A DNA stretch of 64,000 nucleotides from a virus (Duplodnaviria > Caudoviricetes). The notes beneath the pieces are model-generated. The model did not search any database. It saw nothing but the letters and a program-made list of their open reading frames with translations, and had not been told where the DNA came from. The stretch lies in IMG/VR virus record IMGVR_UViG_3300037067_021792; one strand, given 5' to 3'. Below, one piece after another: positions 18,781 to 28,023 of this stretch. Numbering within the stretch: position 1 is the first letter of the stretch; every line of letters starts with the position of its first letter. The translations under genes and the position numbers were made by a program.

Positions 18781-19905
18781 ATGCCTTGTGATGATACTTG
18801 CGAAAGGACTGTGGATTTTAATTTTACGCGGTCCAATTTAATCGAGCCAGATCCAATTTATCATTTCGCAAATATGGGTTGGGTTGGTTTCATGAAGCTC
18901 AAAGTTGCTGATTTTAATAACATTTTGAGAGTAACATCGGCGAATGTCAACCTAAAACAAGAAATAACTAAACCCGATGTTATTGATGGTCGTATTGACC
19001 CCACCGTTTATCAACTCGGTCCTAAACTAATAGATGGCACTTTCAGCATGCCACTGATAGCAGACAACAGAACAGGGGGATGTCCCCAAGACGTAACAAC
19101 CGAAGCATCAACTCTATTAAATGCTATTTGGTGTTGGGTGACTGCTCGTGGAGAACAAGGAAGATTACTGTGGAGTGACGCGGAATTAGAGATTAGATAC
19201 GCCAATCATGCCGCTTATAAATTTAGCCGTGCGATACCCAATACTTTCTCACTGTCAGTTACCCAAGGCGACATGATTAAAGTGGATATTGAAGTTTATG
19301 GCACAAGCCGATCTAGATACAATAATGTTGAATCTAGCCCTCTTATTACAGACTTTTTAGCTCCTGCGCGAGTATTAACATGGAATGATATTACTGTTAA
19401 TGGGATTGGTGGATGCAGCCGCCCTGATATTTTGTTCTACTCAAACCAAGTCCGAGAATTCAAATTAGATATTAATAATCATGCCGATCGATTTTTCACC
19501 TTAAATGGTTCTTTATATCCTTTGGACGTAAATGTGGGAAAAAGAGAAGTAACAGGATCATTAAAACTGTTGGGGCTACAGGATAGATTGCGTGAAGTGG
19601 CTGAAACAAATCAGGATTTCTTTACTGAAAAGAATGAAATCCGAATGGCAATGTATGTCGGTAACGATACATTTGACCCAAGCACCAGCACAACAATCCC
19701 AAGAGACTGGACATCAGATTCTGCACCTGCTGGTAATATTTTTGCCAAGAAGGTTACTGGTGTTGTATTTCAAATAGAAGAAATTGAAATGACTAATCAA
19801 GTATTAGAGACAACCGTAAACTGGCACGGAATGGCCGACGACACCGAAGAATACGAAGCTCTTTCGCCAAGTACGTCATGTTCCTTCCCCGCGTGGGAAG
19901 TCTAA
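18781..19905 (+). CDS. Major tail tube protein
   Basis: Two tube-like halves: GPKLIDGTFSM and VREFKLDINN...VGKREVTGSLKL; followed by a strong terminator and the chaperone/TMP genes. Confidence 0.8.
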   Translation: MPCDDTCERTVDFNFTRSNLIEPDPIYHFANMGWVGFMKLKVADFNNILRVTSANVNLKQEITKPDVIDGRIDPTVYQLGPKLIDGTFSMPLIADNRTGGCPQDVTTEASTLLNAIWCWVTARGEQGRLLWSDAELEIRYANHAAYKFSRAIPNTFSLSVTQGDMIKVDIEVYGTSRSRYNNVESSPLITDFLAPARVLTWNDITVNGIGGCSRPDILFYSNQVREFKLDINNHADRFFTLNGSLYPLDVNVGKREVTGSLKLLGLQDRLREVAETNQDFFTEKNEIRMAMYVGNDTFDPSTSTTIPRDWTSDSAPAGNIFAKKVTGVVFQIEEIEMTNQVLETTVNWHGMADDTEEYEALSPSTSCSFPAWEV

Positions 19906-19915
19906 TCCGAAATAC

Positions 19916-19946
19916 ATAGCGGGCGGGGATTCCCGCCCGCTATTTC
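19916..19946 (+). terminator. Strong GC-rich hairpin terminator after the tail tube gene
   Basis: ATAGCGGGCGGG-GATT-CCCGCCCGCTAT, 12-bp stem, followed by TT. Confidence 0.8.
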
Positions 19947-19986
19947 CCCAATTCTTGTATAATATCAAATAATTTGGAGATGCACT

Positions 19987-20475
19987 ATGCCTTTGTCGAT
20001 TAGTCCAGAACAAAAATTAATTTCTATTGAAACTTATATTGTAGAAAAAATTAAAAAGACCGGAAATAAAATTTATTATTTTATAGATGACAGAGATAAA
20101 CTCGAAGAGTATCTAGCAGATGGATACGTTATTGAGGGAAACCCAATTCCCGAAGGTCACGATCCAGAGAAGATAATCCAGAGAGTGATTACGTCATGGA
20201 AAATTCCTACATGGGGAGAACATAACTACATAATTTCCAGGTCGTTAAAGTCAATGGGCGAGGGTAAAAACAGGAAATATGAAGTAGATCCAATTAGATA
20301 TCGGGAAGAAAAAGTTAAATTATTACTAAAAAGGTGGAATTTGGTGGACCAAAATGGACATGATTTAGAAGTTTCATCGGAGAATATAGATAAATTACCT
20401 CCATTAGTGGCCATTCAATTGCTATCTGATTTCGAAAAGATAACAGAGCCGGAGGATGATGAACCAAAAAAATAA
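19987..20475 (+). CDS. Tail assembly chaperone (gpG-like)
   Basis: LLKRWNLVDQNG..LEVSSENIDKLPP pattern; ends in slippery A-AAA-AAA-TAA. Confidence 0.82.
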   Translation: MPLSISPEQKLISIETYIVEKIKKTGNKIYYFIDDRDKLEEYLADGYVIEGNPIPEGHDPEKIIQRVITSWKIPTWGEHNYIISRSLKSMGEGKNRKYEVDPIRYREEKVKLLLKRWNLVDQNGHDLEVSSENIDKLPPLVAIQLLSDFEKITEPEDDEPKK

Positions 20476-20831
20476 ATGACGCTGTTCAGAATTTCTATGA
20501 AGGTAAGGAAATAAGTATATCTGAGCAGCGTGTGATTTATGAACATATTATTGCAAGTGAATATGGATGGGATTTGGAAACAATAAGAAAAACCAGCAAA
20601 AAGGATATTGAAAATCATGTATCAGCATGCCTCGCAAAACGCATAGTTGACAGGAAATTCCAAACCCAACTCGCCGGTGCAAGTGCTGGTATTGATGTTA
20701 GCAAGTCAAAACCCGGAACAACAGGGAAAGGAAAAGGGTCTCGTGAAACTATTCATGAGACGATACGACCTACTAGGAAATATACTAATGCAGAACTACA
20801 GGAAATGTTAGATAACAAATCAGGAGACTAA
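20466..20831 (+). CDS. gpT-like extension produced by -1 programmed frameshift (gpGT)
   Basis: Heptamer A AAA AAA at 20466-20472; the -1 frame from 20472 is open (INDAVQNFYEGK...) into ORF 20532..20831 with IASEYGWDLETIR. Confidence 0.82.
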   Translation, partial: KKINDAVQNFYEGKEISISEQRVIYEHIIASEYGWDLETIRKTSKKDIENHVSACLAKRIVDRKFQTQLAGASAGIDVSKSKPGTTGKGKGSRETIHETIRPTRKYTNAELQEMLDNKSGD

Positions 20832-20832
20832 A

Positions 20833-21207
20833 ATGAATATTTTTGTATCGGACAATGACAAGATTGATGTAGACGTTTATGTGTGGAAAGAGACTGGAGA
20901 CGCCCCAAAGATTAATGCAACAGAAGAAGTTGGCAAAATACCTGAAGAGTATAAAAACGAAGCTAAAATCATAAAATTCGTTTTTCATCGTCCCAATTTT
21001 CGACAGAGCAATATAATTTTGCAGGCTGTCGGCAATGAAACTTCGGCCGGTGTAAATATGCAGGAATTGATAATAAATACTCTCTTGATTGAGATAATCA
21101 ATGAGGGCGAGAGGGTTGCAGTGCAACCGAAGAATTCAGGTAAACTCGATCCTGTGGTCGCCCGCGCTGCTGCCAATGGCCTGTTAGATAGAGTGCAAAT
21201 GGCATAG
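20833..21207 (+). CDS. Second tail-chaperone-like paralogue
   Basis: FHRPNFRQSNII...KLDPVVA parallels WKIPTWGEHNYII...KLPPLVA in 19987..20475. Confidence 0.55.
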   Translation: MNIFVSDNDKIDVDVYVWKETGDAPKINATEEVGKIPEEYKNEAKIIKFVFHRPNFRQSNIILQAVGNETSAGVNMQELIINTLLIEIINEGERVAVQPKNSGKLDPVVARAAANGLLDRVQMA

Positions 21208-21262
21208 GAATTTACGCCTCGTATTATCAATATATGCATATCGACATATATTGGAGAATTTA

Positions 21263-21802
21263 ATGTTACGTATAGGATTTTCGCCGTTTGACCTTTCTCA
21301 ACGAGAAACAAGTGGTACAGAATTTGTAAATGAAACAGTAGGAATAGGATCTAAACTTATAAGGGACCTAACATTCTGGAAAGGTAAAAAATGTTCTATT
21401 TGTGGCGATTCTCTTGATAGAGGTGGCGTGATTGATCCAGCAGGAAAAGCAAATCAGGGAAGAGGAGCAGTGTTATGCCATACTCATGCTCGACAATTTG
21501 GAATTTCCGATATCCCACAAACTGCACCGAGCTTAGTATCTCCTAAAAAAGCACAGCAAGAATCTGCTCGAAGTAAATTTGATAAAATGCGACAAAAGCG
21601 CCCGATACCTCAGGTCGATGATATCTCCGAGTCCCCAAAAACTCCGACATGGTGGGAATCCTTTATGGGAGGGTTTCAATCTGGACTCAAGGGGGACAAA
21701 ATGGATTATGAGACATGGCAATCAGACAGAATGAATCCCAAGAAATATCGTCCCAGAAAGTATCGAGATCTCAACTGGATGCAGCGACTAATCGGAGAAT
21801 AA
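21263..21802 (+). CDS. Zn-finger-containing hypothetical protein
   Basis: CSIC...CHTH; C-terminus LNWMQRLIGE. Confidence 0.65.
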   Translation: MLRIGFSPFDLSQRETSGTEFVNETVGIGSKLIRDLTFWKGKKCSICGDSLDRGGVIDPAGKANQGRGAVLCHTHARQFGISDIPQTAPSLVSPKKAQQESARSKFDKMRQKRPIPQVDDISESPKTPTWWESFMGGFQSGLKGDKMDYETWQSDRMNPKKYRPRKYRDLNWMQRLIGE

Positions 21803-21803
21803 A

Positions 21804-23990
21804 TTGGCCAAAACTACGAAAACAACCCAGTCAGTTCAGACGATCGAACAAAAACTACGTCTAATTCTAGAAGAACAAATACAAGGTTCTGGTAAAGTTG
21901 TTTCTCGGTTAAAAGAAATCCAGTCTGCTTTAGAAAAAACTAACTCAACCAAAAAAAAAGTAGAAATATCAACAGGAAAAGTTAATTCAAAACTTTTTGA
22001 TATGGGTAAAATTTTGGGAGGTACTATTGCTAAAACTTTGTTGTGGGCAACTGCGGCAGCGAAAGTGGTTAGTGCTGCTATCGCAATGTACAATGCCATA
22101 ATCAATGCCAATCGAGTGATGGTTAGATATTCTTTACTCACATCAGACGCAGCTGCTGCAATGCATCGGCTTAGATCTGCACATGACAAAGTTAATGAGG
22201 GGTGGTATAATTTTAGAGTATCCATGCAAGATGTAGCCGGCATATTAGCAGACATAGGAGAAAAAAGCATTGGTGCTCGTGCTGCGATATCCGGTATGTT
22301 GAATAATTTACCAATAACAGATCAAGTAACAAAAATGCTAGCGGATCTAAAAGGAATTCCCAGGGAACAGGCTTTGGGGCTAATTTCCAGAATTTTTGCA
22401 GGTGAAAATCCCGCTGTAGTGTCGTCTATTATAAATAGATTCAAAAACGATTTAGAGGGAATGACGAGAGCACTTCAATCTGCCGGAGAAACTGATGCTG
22501 CAAATGCCGTAGACGAATATAGAAATAAAATCCAACAAACCAACGATCCGCTTGCAAAGCAAGTTAAATTGTGGGATTGGATGTCCCGCTCATTTTCTAA
22601 TGCAGCGCAGAAAGCGGCAGAACTTGGAGCAGAAGTTATTAACGCTATTCCGACTATGATTGGATACGAAGTTAAAGTTGCCGCTGGTGGCGGCACTGTG
22701 CAGATGTACGACGTAGAGGAGCCGTCCAACGTAAGACAATTTGAACTTGTTAAACAAAGAACATCTGAGATTGTGAGTAATTTAGAAAATATGAGATCAG
22801 TAGCCACATCGGTTGGTCAAACAATGGAGTATACTGGTCCAACAGCAGTGTTAATAGAACAATCTCAATTAGCCACCAAAGAACTTGATAAATATGTTAT
22901 TAAACTAAAAGAAAATGCATCTAAGATGGAATCAATCGCAAGAAAAATGGCCGATCAATCGGAGGCATCTATCTATTTAAAAATTGCAGCAGAAATGAGG
23001 GCTAAAGCAGAATCCGTGATATCACAAAAGGTAGAATTGCAACTTAAACAATATGAAACGGTTTTAGGACTTGTCGAAAAAGAAGTAGAATTGCAAAAAA
23101 CCAATAGGCAAATAGCGGAGGCTACTTATGGAAGTGCAGCACTGAGTGTTAAAGCTCAAATGAATATTGTCCAAGCATTGCAGAAAAAGAAAATACTATT
23201 AGCCAATGAGCTTGCAGTAGTTCAGGCCAGGATATCCGAAGAACCCAATAGTTTATATTTACAAAAACAAGAATTAGAATTGCGTAATAAAATGAAACAG
23301 GTTACCGCAGAACAATTGCAGATGATAAAAGAGTTAAGGGACGGGTATTTGGATGCAGTTCAGGCTCAGGCATTTGGTGCAGGTAAGTTTGAAAAAATAC
23401 TTATTCAGCAGGAACAAAACATCGGCAAAGCGATGGATGCCAATATTGCCAAGAAGAACTTCTTACTAGGTAAAACTGGCGGCGTGGGCATTAGTGCAGT
23501 TGCGCCGATTTCGTTCACAACTGCAGGTGTTGGATACCTTGAGCGCGCTGGCGAATTAATGTCCGATGAGGATATCAGAAAAGCCAATGAGCAAGCCATG
23601 CTTGGTGTTGGCGGCGGTGCTGCAGAGATGTCTGCCGTAGTGACTGACATGGTCATTGAGGGTCTGGACGACGTAGGGAATAGCCTAGGATCGAATACGG
23701 ATGCCCTGAACAGATTAAGCGACGGGTTAAACAATTTTGCAAGCAGAGTAGGTGTTATGCCGTCTCCGGCAACTCCTGCGGGACAAACCCGAACCAGTGA
23801 ACCAATGCGAACAGCCGGTGCTGCAGGGGCAACTCTATCAGCTGCTGGGGGTGGATATTTTACTAGTATGGCAAGAGATGGTCTTAATCAGGTGCTCAAA
23901 GCAATTGAGGGGCTAGAGGAAAATTCAGTAGAAGAATATACTCCGTCTCGATCGTTACCATCGGGCACTTCTCCGCCATTAGCCCTATAG
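21804..23990 (+). CDS. Tape measure protein (728 aa)
   Basis: Ala/Lys/Gln-rich, helical/coiled-coil sequence, downstream of the tube and frameshifting chaperone. Confidence 0.75.
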   Translation: MAKTTKTTQSVQTIEQKLRLILEEQIQGSGKVVSRLKEIQSALEKTNSTKKKVEISTGKVNSKLFDMGKILGGTIAKTLLWATAAAKVVSAAIAMYNAIINANRVMVRYSLLTSDAAAAMHRLRSAHDKVNEGWYNFRVSMQDVAGILADIGEKSIGARAAISGMLNNLPITDQVTKMLADLKGIPREQALGLISRIFAGENPAVVSSIINRFKNDLEGMTRALQSAGETDAANAVDEYRNKIQQTNDPLAKQVKLWDWMSRSFSNAAQKAAELGAEVINAIPTMIGYEVKVAAGGGTVQMYDVEEPSNVRQFELVKQRTSEIVSNLENMRSVATSVGQTMEYTGPTAVLIEQSQLATKELDKYVIKLKENASKMESIARKMADQSEASIYLKIAAEMRAKAESVISQKVELQLKQYETVLGLVEKEVELQKTNRQIAEATYGSAALSVKAQMNIVQALQKKKILLANELAVVQARISEEPNSLYLQKQELELRNKMKQVTAEQLQMIKELRDGYLDAVQAQAFGAGKFEKILIQQEQNIGKAMDANIAKKNFLLGKTGGVGISAVAPISFTTAGVGYLERAGELMSDEDIRKANEQAMLGVGGGAAEMSAVVTDMVIEGLDDVGNSLGSNTDALNRLSDGLNNFASRVGVMPSPATPAGQTRTSEPMRTAGAAGATLSAAGGGYFTSMARDGLNQVLKAIEGLEENSVEEYTPSRSLPSGTSPPLAL

Positions 23991-24000
23991 GAATAGTTAT

Positions 24001-27000
24001 ATGCCAGTAGGATTTGATGGAATATGCGGACCTTCTGGTCGGCCATGTAAATTAGTATGGTCTAGCTTCTATCCCAGTAAAGTCGGTACATATCCCTCAG
24101 ATTTATTACCATCGAAGAGAACTATTTGGCATGCAACTGATGCTGGCGGGTATGATTTTACAGCTCCTATCACCGGACGAGGCGGCGAGGGACTTGGGGG
24201 TGCTGCAATTCTGGGCGGCGGAATACTAGGCGGTTTATCTGGTAGCGGACTTTTTGGTTCAGATATACAATTTGATACCTTTCAGGCGCAGTCTCACATC
24301 GCAATTATATTTGCAAAAACCATTAACAGAATTAATGCGTCTCACATCATAACTCAAGAAGAAATTGATTCTATAGATCCGGAAACAGGTATAGGAACAA
24401 TAAATGTCGGTGAATACATTTTTGAGGCCGTGGCAGTCACAGACCAGAAAGTAGAGATAAATCAAACTTTAACGCCGACAGAAATACAGGAACTAGCAGA
24501 AAGTGGAGAAACGCCATCAGATCGGATATTTAGAAAAATATTTGAGCAAGGAATACCCGCCGAAAGAAATAGATTAAAAAACATACAATTGAATAAGTTG
24601 GGAATAGAGTATAGGCTCGACAACGGAGACCCTAAATCAAGTGTTATGTTCGACCTTCCCGGAGGTGGTGATTTACATAATCCCAGTTATAGGGATGGGT
24701 CTAGTAAAATTCTAGAAGTAGATTTAAAAATGGTTATTCCGCCAACAGATAGCACAGAATCTGATCCGGGATATCCCAATGGCGTAACCGTTGGCAATGT
24801 CATTTACTTGACTTATGTTGCGGTTAAAGAACACTATATTAGACAAGTAGTAAATATTAAGCATACTTTTTTTGCAATAGCTCTTCCGCCGGAATGTCTT
24901 CAGCTGCAATTTTCTGTCAAAGCTGCTAACTATAGGTTTTATGAATGGGAAGTGCCAAGTGACAATCCCAATGACCCACCAACTATGTTGAGCGGATGGC
25001 GTGCGGTTGAGTCGTTTTCTGTACCAGTCAATGTATCATCACTTGTCACTCCAATTGAGACTCCCGACCTTGCGTTTTTCTATTACGGTCCTCAAAGTGG
25101 AATTTCACTGATACCTTATATGCCGGGGAACACCACATCGAGCGGAATAACAGGATATCAAAATAACCGTAGTTCTATGCCAAAATTTGAAGTAAACATT
25201 TCTGGGGTTATCGAAAATGCGAAGTATGAACCTTATAGAATAGTCAGCGACGATTATGAACAGTCTAATTGGTATACGACTCGGATGCCGTCAACAATGT
25301 ATAAATACTCAGATGTAATACGGCATGTATACTTTAATACCCATCCAAAAGCAATGCATAAAAGAGATGTAGATAAGTTCGGTTTTGAAAAATCTTTGGC
25401 AACTGCAATATTAAACGAAACCAAGTCAGGAAGATCTACTCTTTTCCCTTTTAGGGATGATATCAGAATGGATGACCCGACCAACTCACCAGTAGAAGAC
25501 TTATCAGCATCTAATTTATATTTTTCGCCGATACAAACACCATCAAGTGCATGGGGTGCAGACATGCAATGTGCAGTAGCGGGATCGGCGGTATTGGGTA
25601 AAAAATATAGCCCTAATGGTGATGTTCTTGGATATTTTCACATAGAAAGTCCATTGATTACAGAAACATTTGACAAAGACACGAGAGTGTTGGTTGAAAG
25701 GCATTTCACTTTCGGAGGGCAAGGACCGCAAATAGTTTCCATTGAAGGACAGGCAGGAGTATTCCAATATGTCACTGCGGCTGAAGACCCAGGAAGGAAT
25801 TTTTCTTTGTCGTATTTGACGAATAACGATGGATTTATAGTATTCCATAAATTTAATAATTCGTCTATTTCTAATGATTTCTCAAAAATGATGTTTCGCC
25901 CGGATTACAACCCACCAGTCGTTGAGGATAACAATGATCCTGTGCCATCTCAGTTCGACGTTCAACTAGGATATAGCGGAATGCTTGGTGATATACCGGG
26001 ATTCTATCCCGGAAGAATGCTGAGCTTTTCTGCCTTTATGCCTGTGAACTATGTGAAATATAAGGTCTTTGGAGACGTTGACATTCCTAACAAACAATCC
26101 CTGTCCGAGGATCAAATTGAAGAAATAACTACCAAACGAGAAGAAGGTAAATATATAATCGAAATTGGTAGTGGATACTATCAAAATACAGAAATATCGT
26201 ATACTTGTTCCGAAAAAATACCAACTCTAGTTAATGTTGTTTTGAGAAATGGAGATACTATTGTGGGTGTGATTGATTCTGTTTCCATAAATCCGGTTGA
26301 AATTAAAATGATCATAAATCACGGATGGATGCAAGCAGAGACTATCGAAATTAATTCCATTCCAAGTAGCATGAACATACATGGAGTGCTAGTGTCATCA
26401 GTAAAGGATGCATATGCGGTAGATTTTCTAAATTATAATGACAGTTCTGCTTCGGACGATATAGAAAAGAATGCGATAGATAGATTGAATGGGCGAGGAA
26501 TATTTCTTAAATCACAAGTGGCGTCTGCCGGGAGCGATGATGCTGGGCGAATGTTTTTGTTTTTCGACGACGATGATGGCGGAATTTCATGTGCTCAAAG
26601 CGACAATTGCGGAATTGCTTGGTATATACAATACGGGATTGTAGAAAAAATCGCTGATTCTCCAGCACATTATCCGTTTGTGATACAAAATGTTAAAACC
26701 AACTATACATACATATTTTTCTTATTTAATGGAAATATAATGTGTAAAAAAATTCCCTATGATTCTTTTGAATTTGGTGATAATATGTTGGTGCAGAGAT
26801 ACGAACAAGATGTTTTGGTCGGAAATTTAGATGAAGACACTTCAATATCAGAAAATGCGAGCGTATATTCATTTAGCGGAAATAACACAAGACGCAGTAC
26901 TTTGTCTTTTCTGGTAGCAGGTGATAGAAATGAGCCAGAAACGTTACGATTATCCGGCAAAAAAGGTGACTCGATTGATCCGTTTATCGAAAAATCTGTG

Positions 27001-28011
27001 GGCAACAATGTGGAGATTGTCAGAAAATATCCAATTTCAATTGGGCAGACTACTGCATTTGTGAATAATAGTATCGAAGACGCATACTTTTCTGCCTATA
27101 GAACAAATGACGGAGTTATGAGAACTTTCTTCTTGGCTCCAACATCGGATGATGCTGGAGGTGGGAATCAATTACAATGTAACTTTAGTTCCAACGATGG
27201 CTCCGATTGGTATTACTTGTGGGAATATATTCAGTATAGAAGAAATAGGCAGCGATTCGACGTTAATAATAAAAGTTCGTTTATTGATTTTAATTCAAGC
27301 GGATCATCGGAAACACCGATTGGGTCTGACCCTCAATCCCAAAACCAAAACGCTCCATTTGGTATAAACGTTCACTGGTCAAGATTAAAAAGGCACAAAA
27401 TTCCCGATGATGCAGGAGATATCACTCTAGATTCCGAAAGTCAAATATTAGAAGTATATTCACCCTATGTATTTTATCAAAAATCCACTGGAAACTTATT
27501 TATATTCTATGTCTATGAAAATTGTCTACTTTGTAAAATAGTGTCAGATTCTATTTTTGAAATACCTAGTACAAGTGATTCTGAAAATTCGAATGCTTTT
27601 GGATATGTAAAAAAAATTATAGAAAGAGACACTAAATCGTACTTCGTGGACGGAAATTTAGACCAATCTGCAATCCATGAAGAACTTCAAGGATATATTA
27701 ATAAAGATACAAATGAAAGAATGGCCAGTGGAAATATAATCTTTCAACAACAATATGGAATGGGTGCATTTACGTCAGACAGAAATATTTCCCCGCAAAG
27801 AATGTGTGCGGTTGATCTTCCAAACGGTGGATTAAGACTGTTTTACAAAATTAATTCACGAATTAAAAGTGCAATATGGAATGGGAAAGGATGGATGGCT
27901 GAAGAATTCCTAAAATCACAGGAAAATCTTCCTGAAATTGACTTTGAAGTTCCAACAGGTGCTATAGATGTATGGGGCGGGTTTGGTGGCGACAGCTTTC
28001 CGCCTCCATAA
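24001..28011 (+). CDS. Large tail-tip protein with C-terminal Asp-box (BNR)-like propeller
   Basis: SDNCGIAW and SSNDGSDW Asp-box-like motifs; internal repeat PFV...YIFF..GNIMCK / PYV...FIFY..NCLLCK; Gly-rich N-terminal stretch. Confidence 0.6.
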   Translation: MPVGFDGICGPSGRPCKLVWSSFYPSKVGTYPSDLLPSKRTIWHATDAGGYDFTAPITGRGGEGLGGAAILGGGILGGLSGSGLFGSDIQFDTFQAQSHIAIIFAKTINRINASHIITQEEIDSIDPETGIGTINVGEYIFEAVAVTDQKVEINQTLTPTEIQELAESGETPSDRIFRKIFEQGIPAERNRLKNIQLNKLGIEYRLDNGDPKSSVMFDLPGGGDLHNPSYRDGSSKILEVDLKMVIPPTDSTESDPGYPNGVTVGNVIYLTYVAVKEHYIRQVVNIKHTFFAIALPPECLQLQFSVKAANYRFYEWEVPSDNPNDPPTMLSGWRAVESFSVPVNVSSLVTPIETPDLAFFYYGPQSGISLIPYMPGNTTSSGITGYQNNRSSMPKFEVNISGVIENAKYEPYRIVSDDYEQSNWYTTRMPSTMYKYSDVIRHVYFNTHPKAMHKRDVDKFGFEKSLATAILNETKSGRSTLFPFRDDIRMDDPTNSPVEDLSASNLYFSPIQTPSSAWGADMQCAVAGSAVLGKKYSPNGDVLGYFHIESPLITETFDKDTRVLVERHFTFGGQGPQIVSIEGQAGVFQYVTAAEDPGRNFSLSYLTNNDGFIVFHKFNNSSISNDFSKMMFRPDYNPPVVEDNNDPVPSQFDVQLGYSGMLGDIPGFYPGRMLSFSAFMPVNYVKYKVFGDVDIPNKQSLSEDQIEEITTKREEGKYIIEIGSGYYQNTEISYTCSEKIPTLVNVVLRNGDTIVGVIDSVSINPVEIKMIINHGWMQAETIEINSIPSSMNIHGVLVSSVKDAYAVDFLNYNDSSASDDIEKNAIDRLNGRGIFLKSQVASAGSDDAGRMFLFFDDDDGGISCAQSDNCGIAWYIQYGIVEKIADSPAHYPFVIQNVKTNYTYIFFLFNGNIMCKKIPYDSFEFGDNMLVQRYEQDVLVGNLDEDTSISENASVYSFSGNNTRRSTLSFLVAGDRNEPETLRLSGKKGDSIDPFIEKSVGNNVEIVRKYPISIGQTTAFVNNSIEDAYFSAYRTNDGVMRTFFLAPTSDDAGGGNQLQCNFSSNDGSDWYYLWEYIQYRRNRQRFDVNNKSSFIDFNSSGSSETPIGSDPQSQNQNAPFGINVHWSRLKRHKIPDDAGDITLDSESQILEVYSPYVFYQKSTGNLFIFYVYENCLLCKIVSDSIFEIPSTSDSENSNAFGYVKKIIERDTKSYFVDGNLDQSAIHEELQGYINKDTNERMASGNIIFQQQYGMGAFTSDRNISPQRMCAVDLPNGGLRLFYKINSRIKSAIWNGKGWMAEEFLKSQENLPEIDFEVPTGAIDVWGGFGGDSFPPP

Positions 28012-28023
28012 TTAGGAGAAAAG

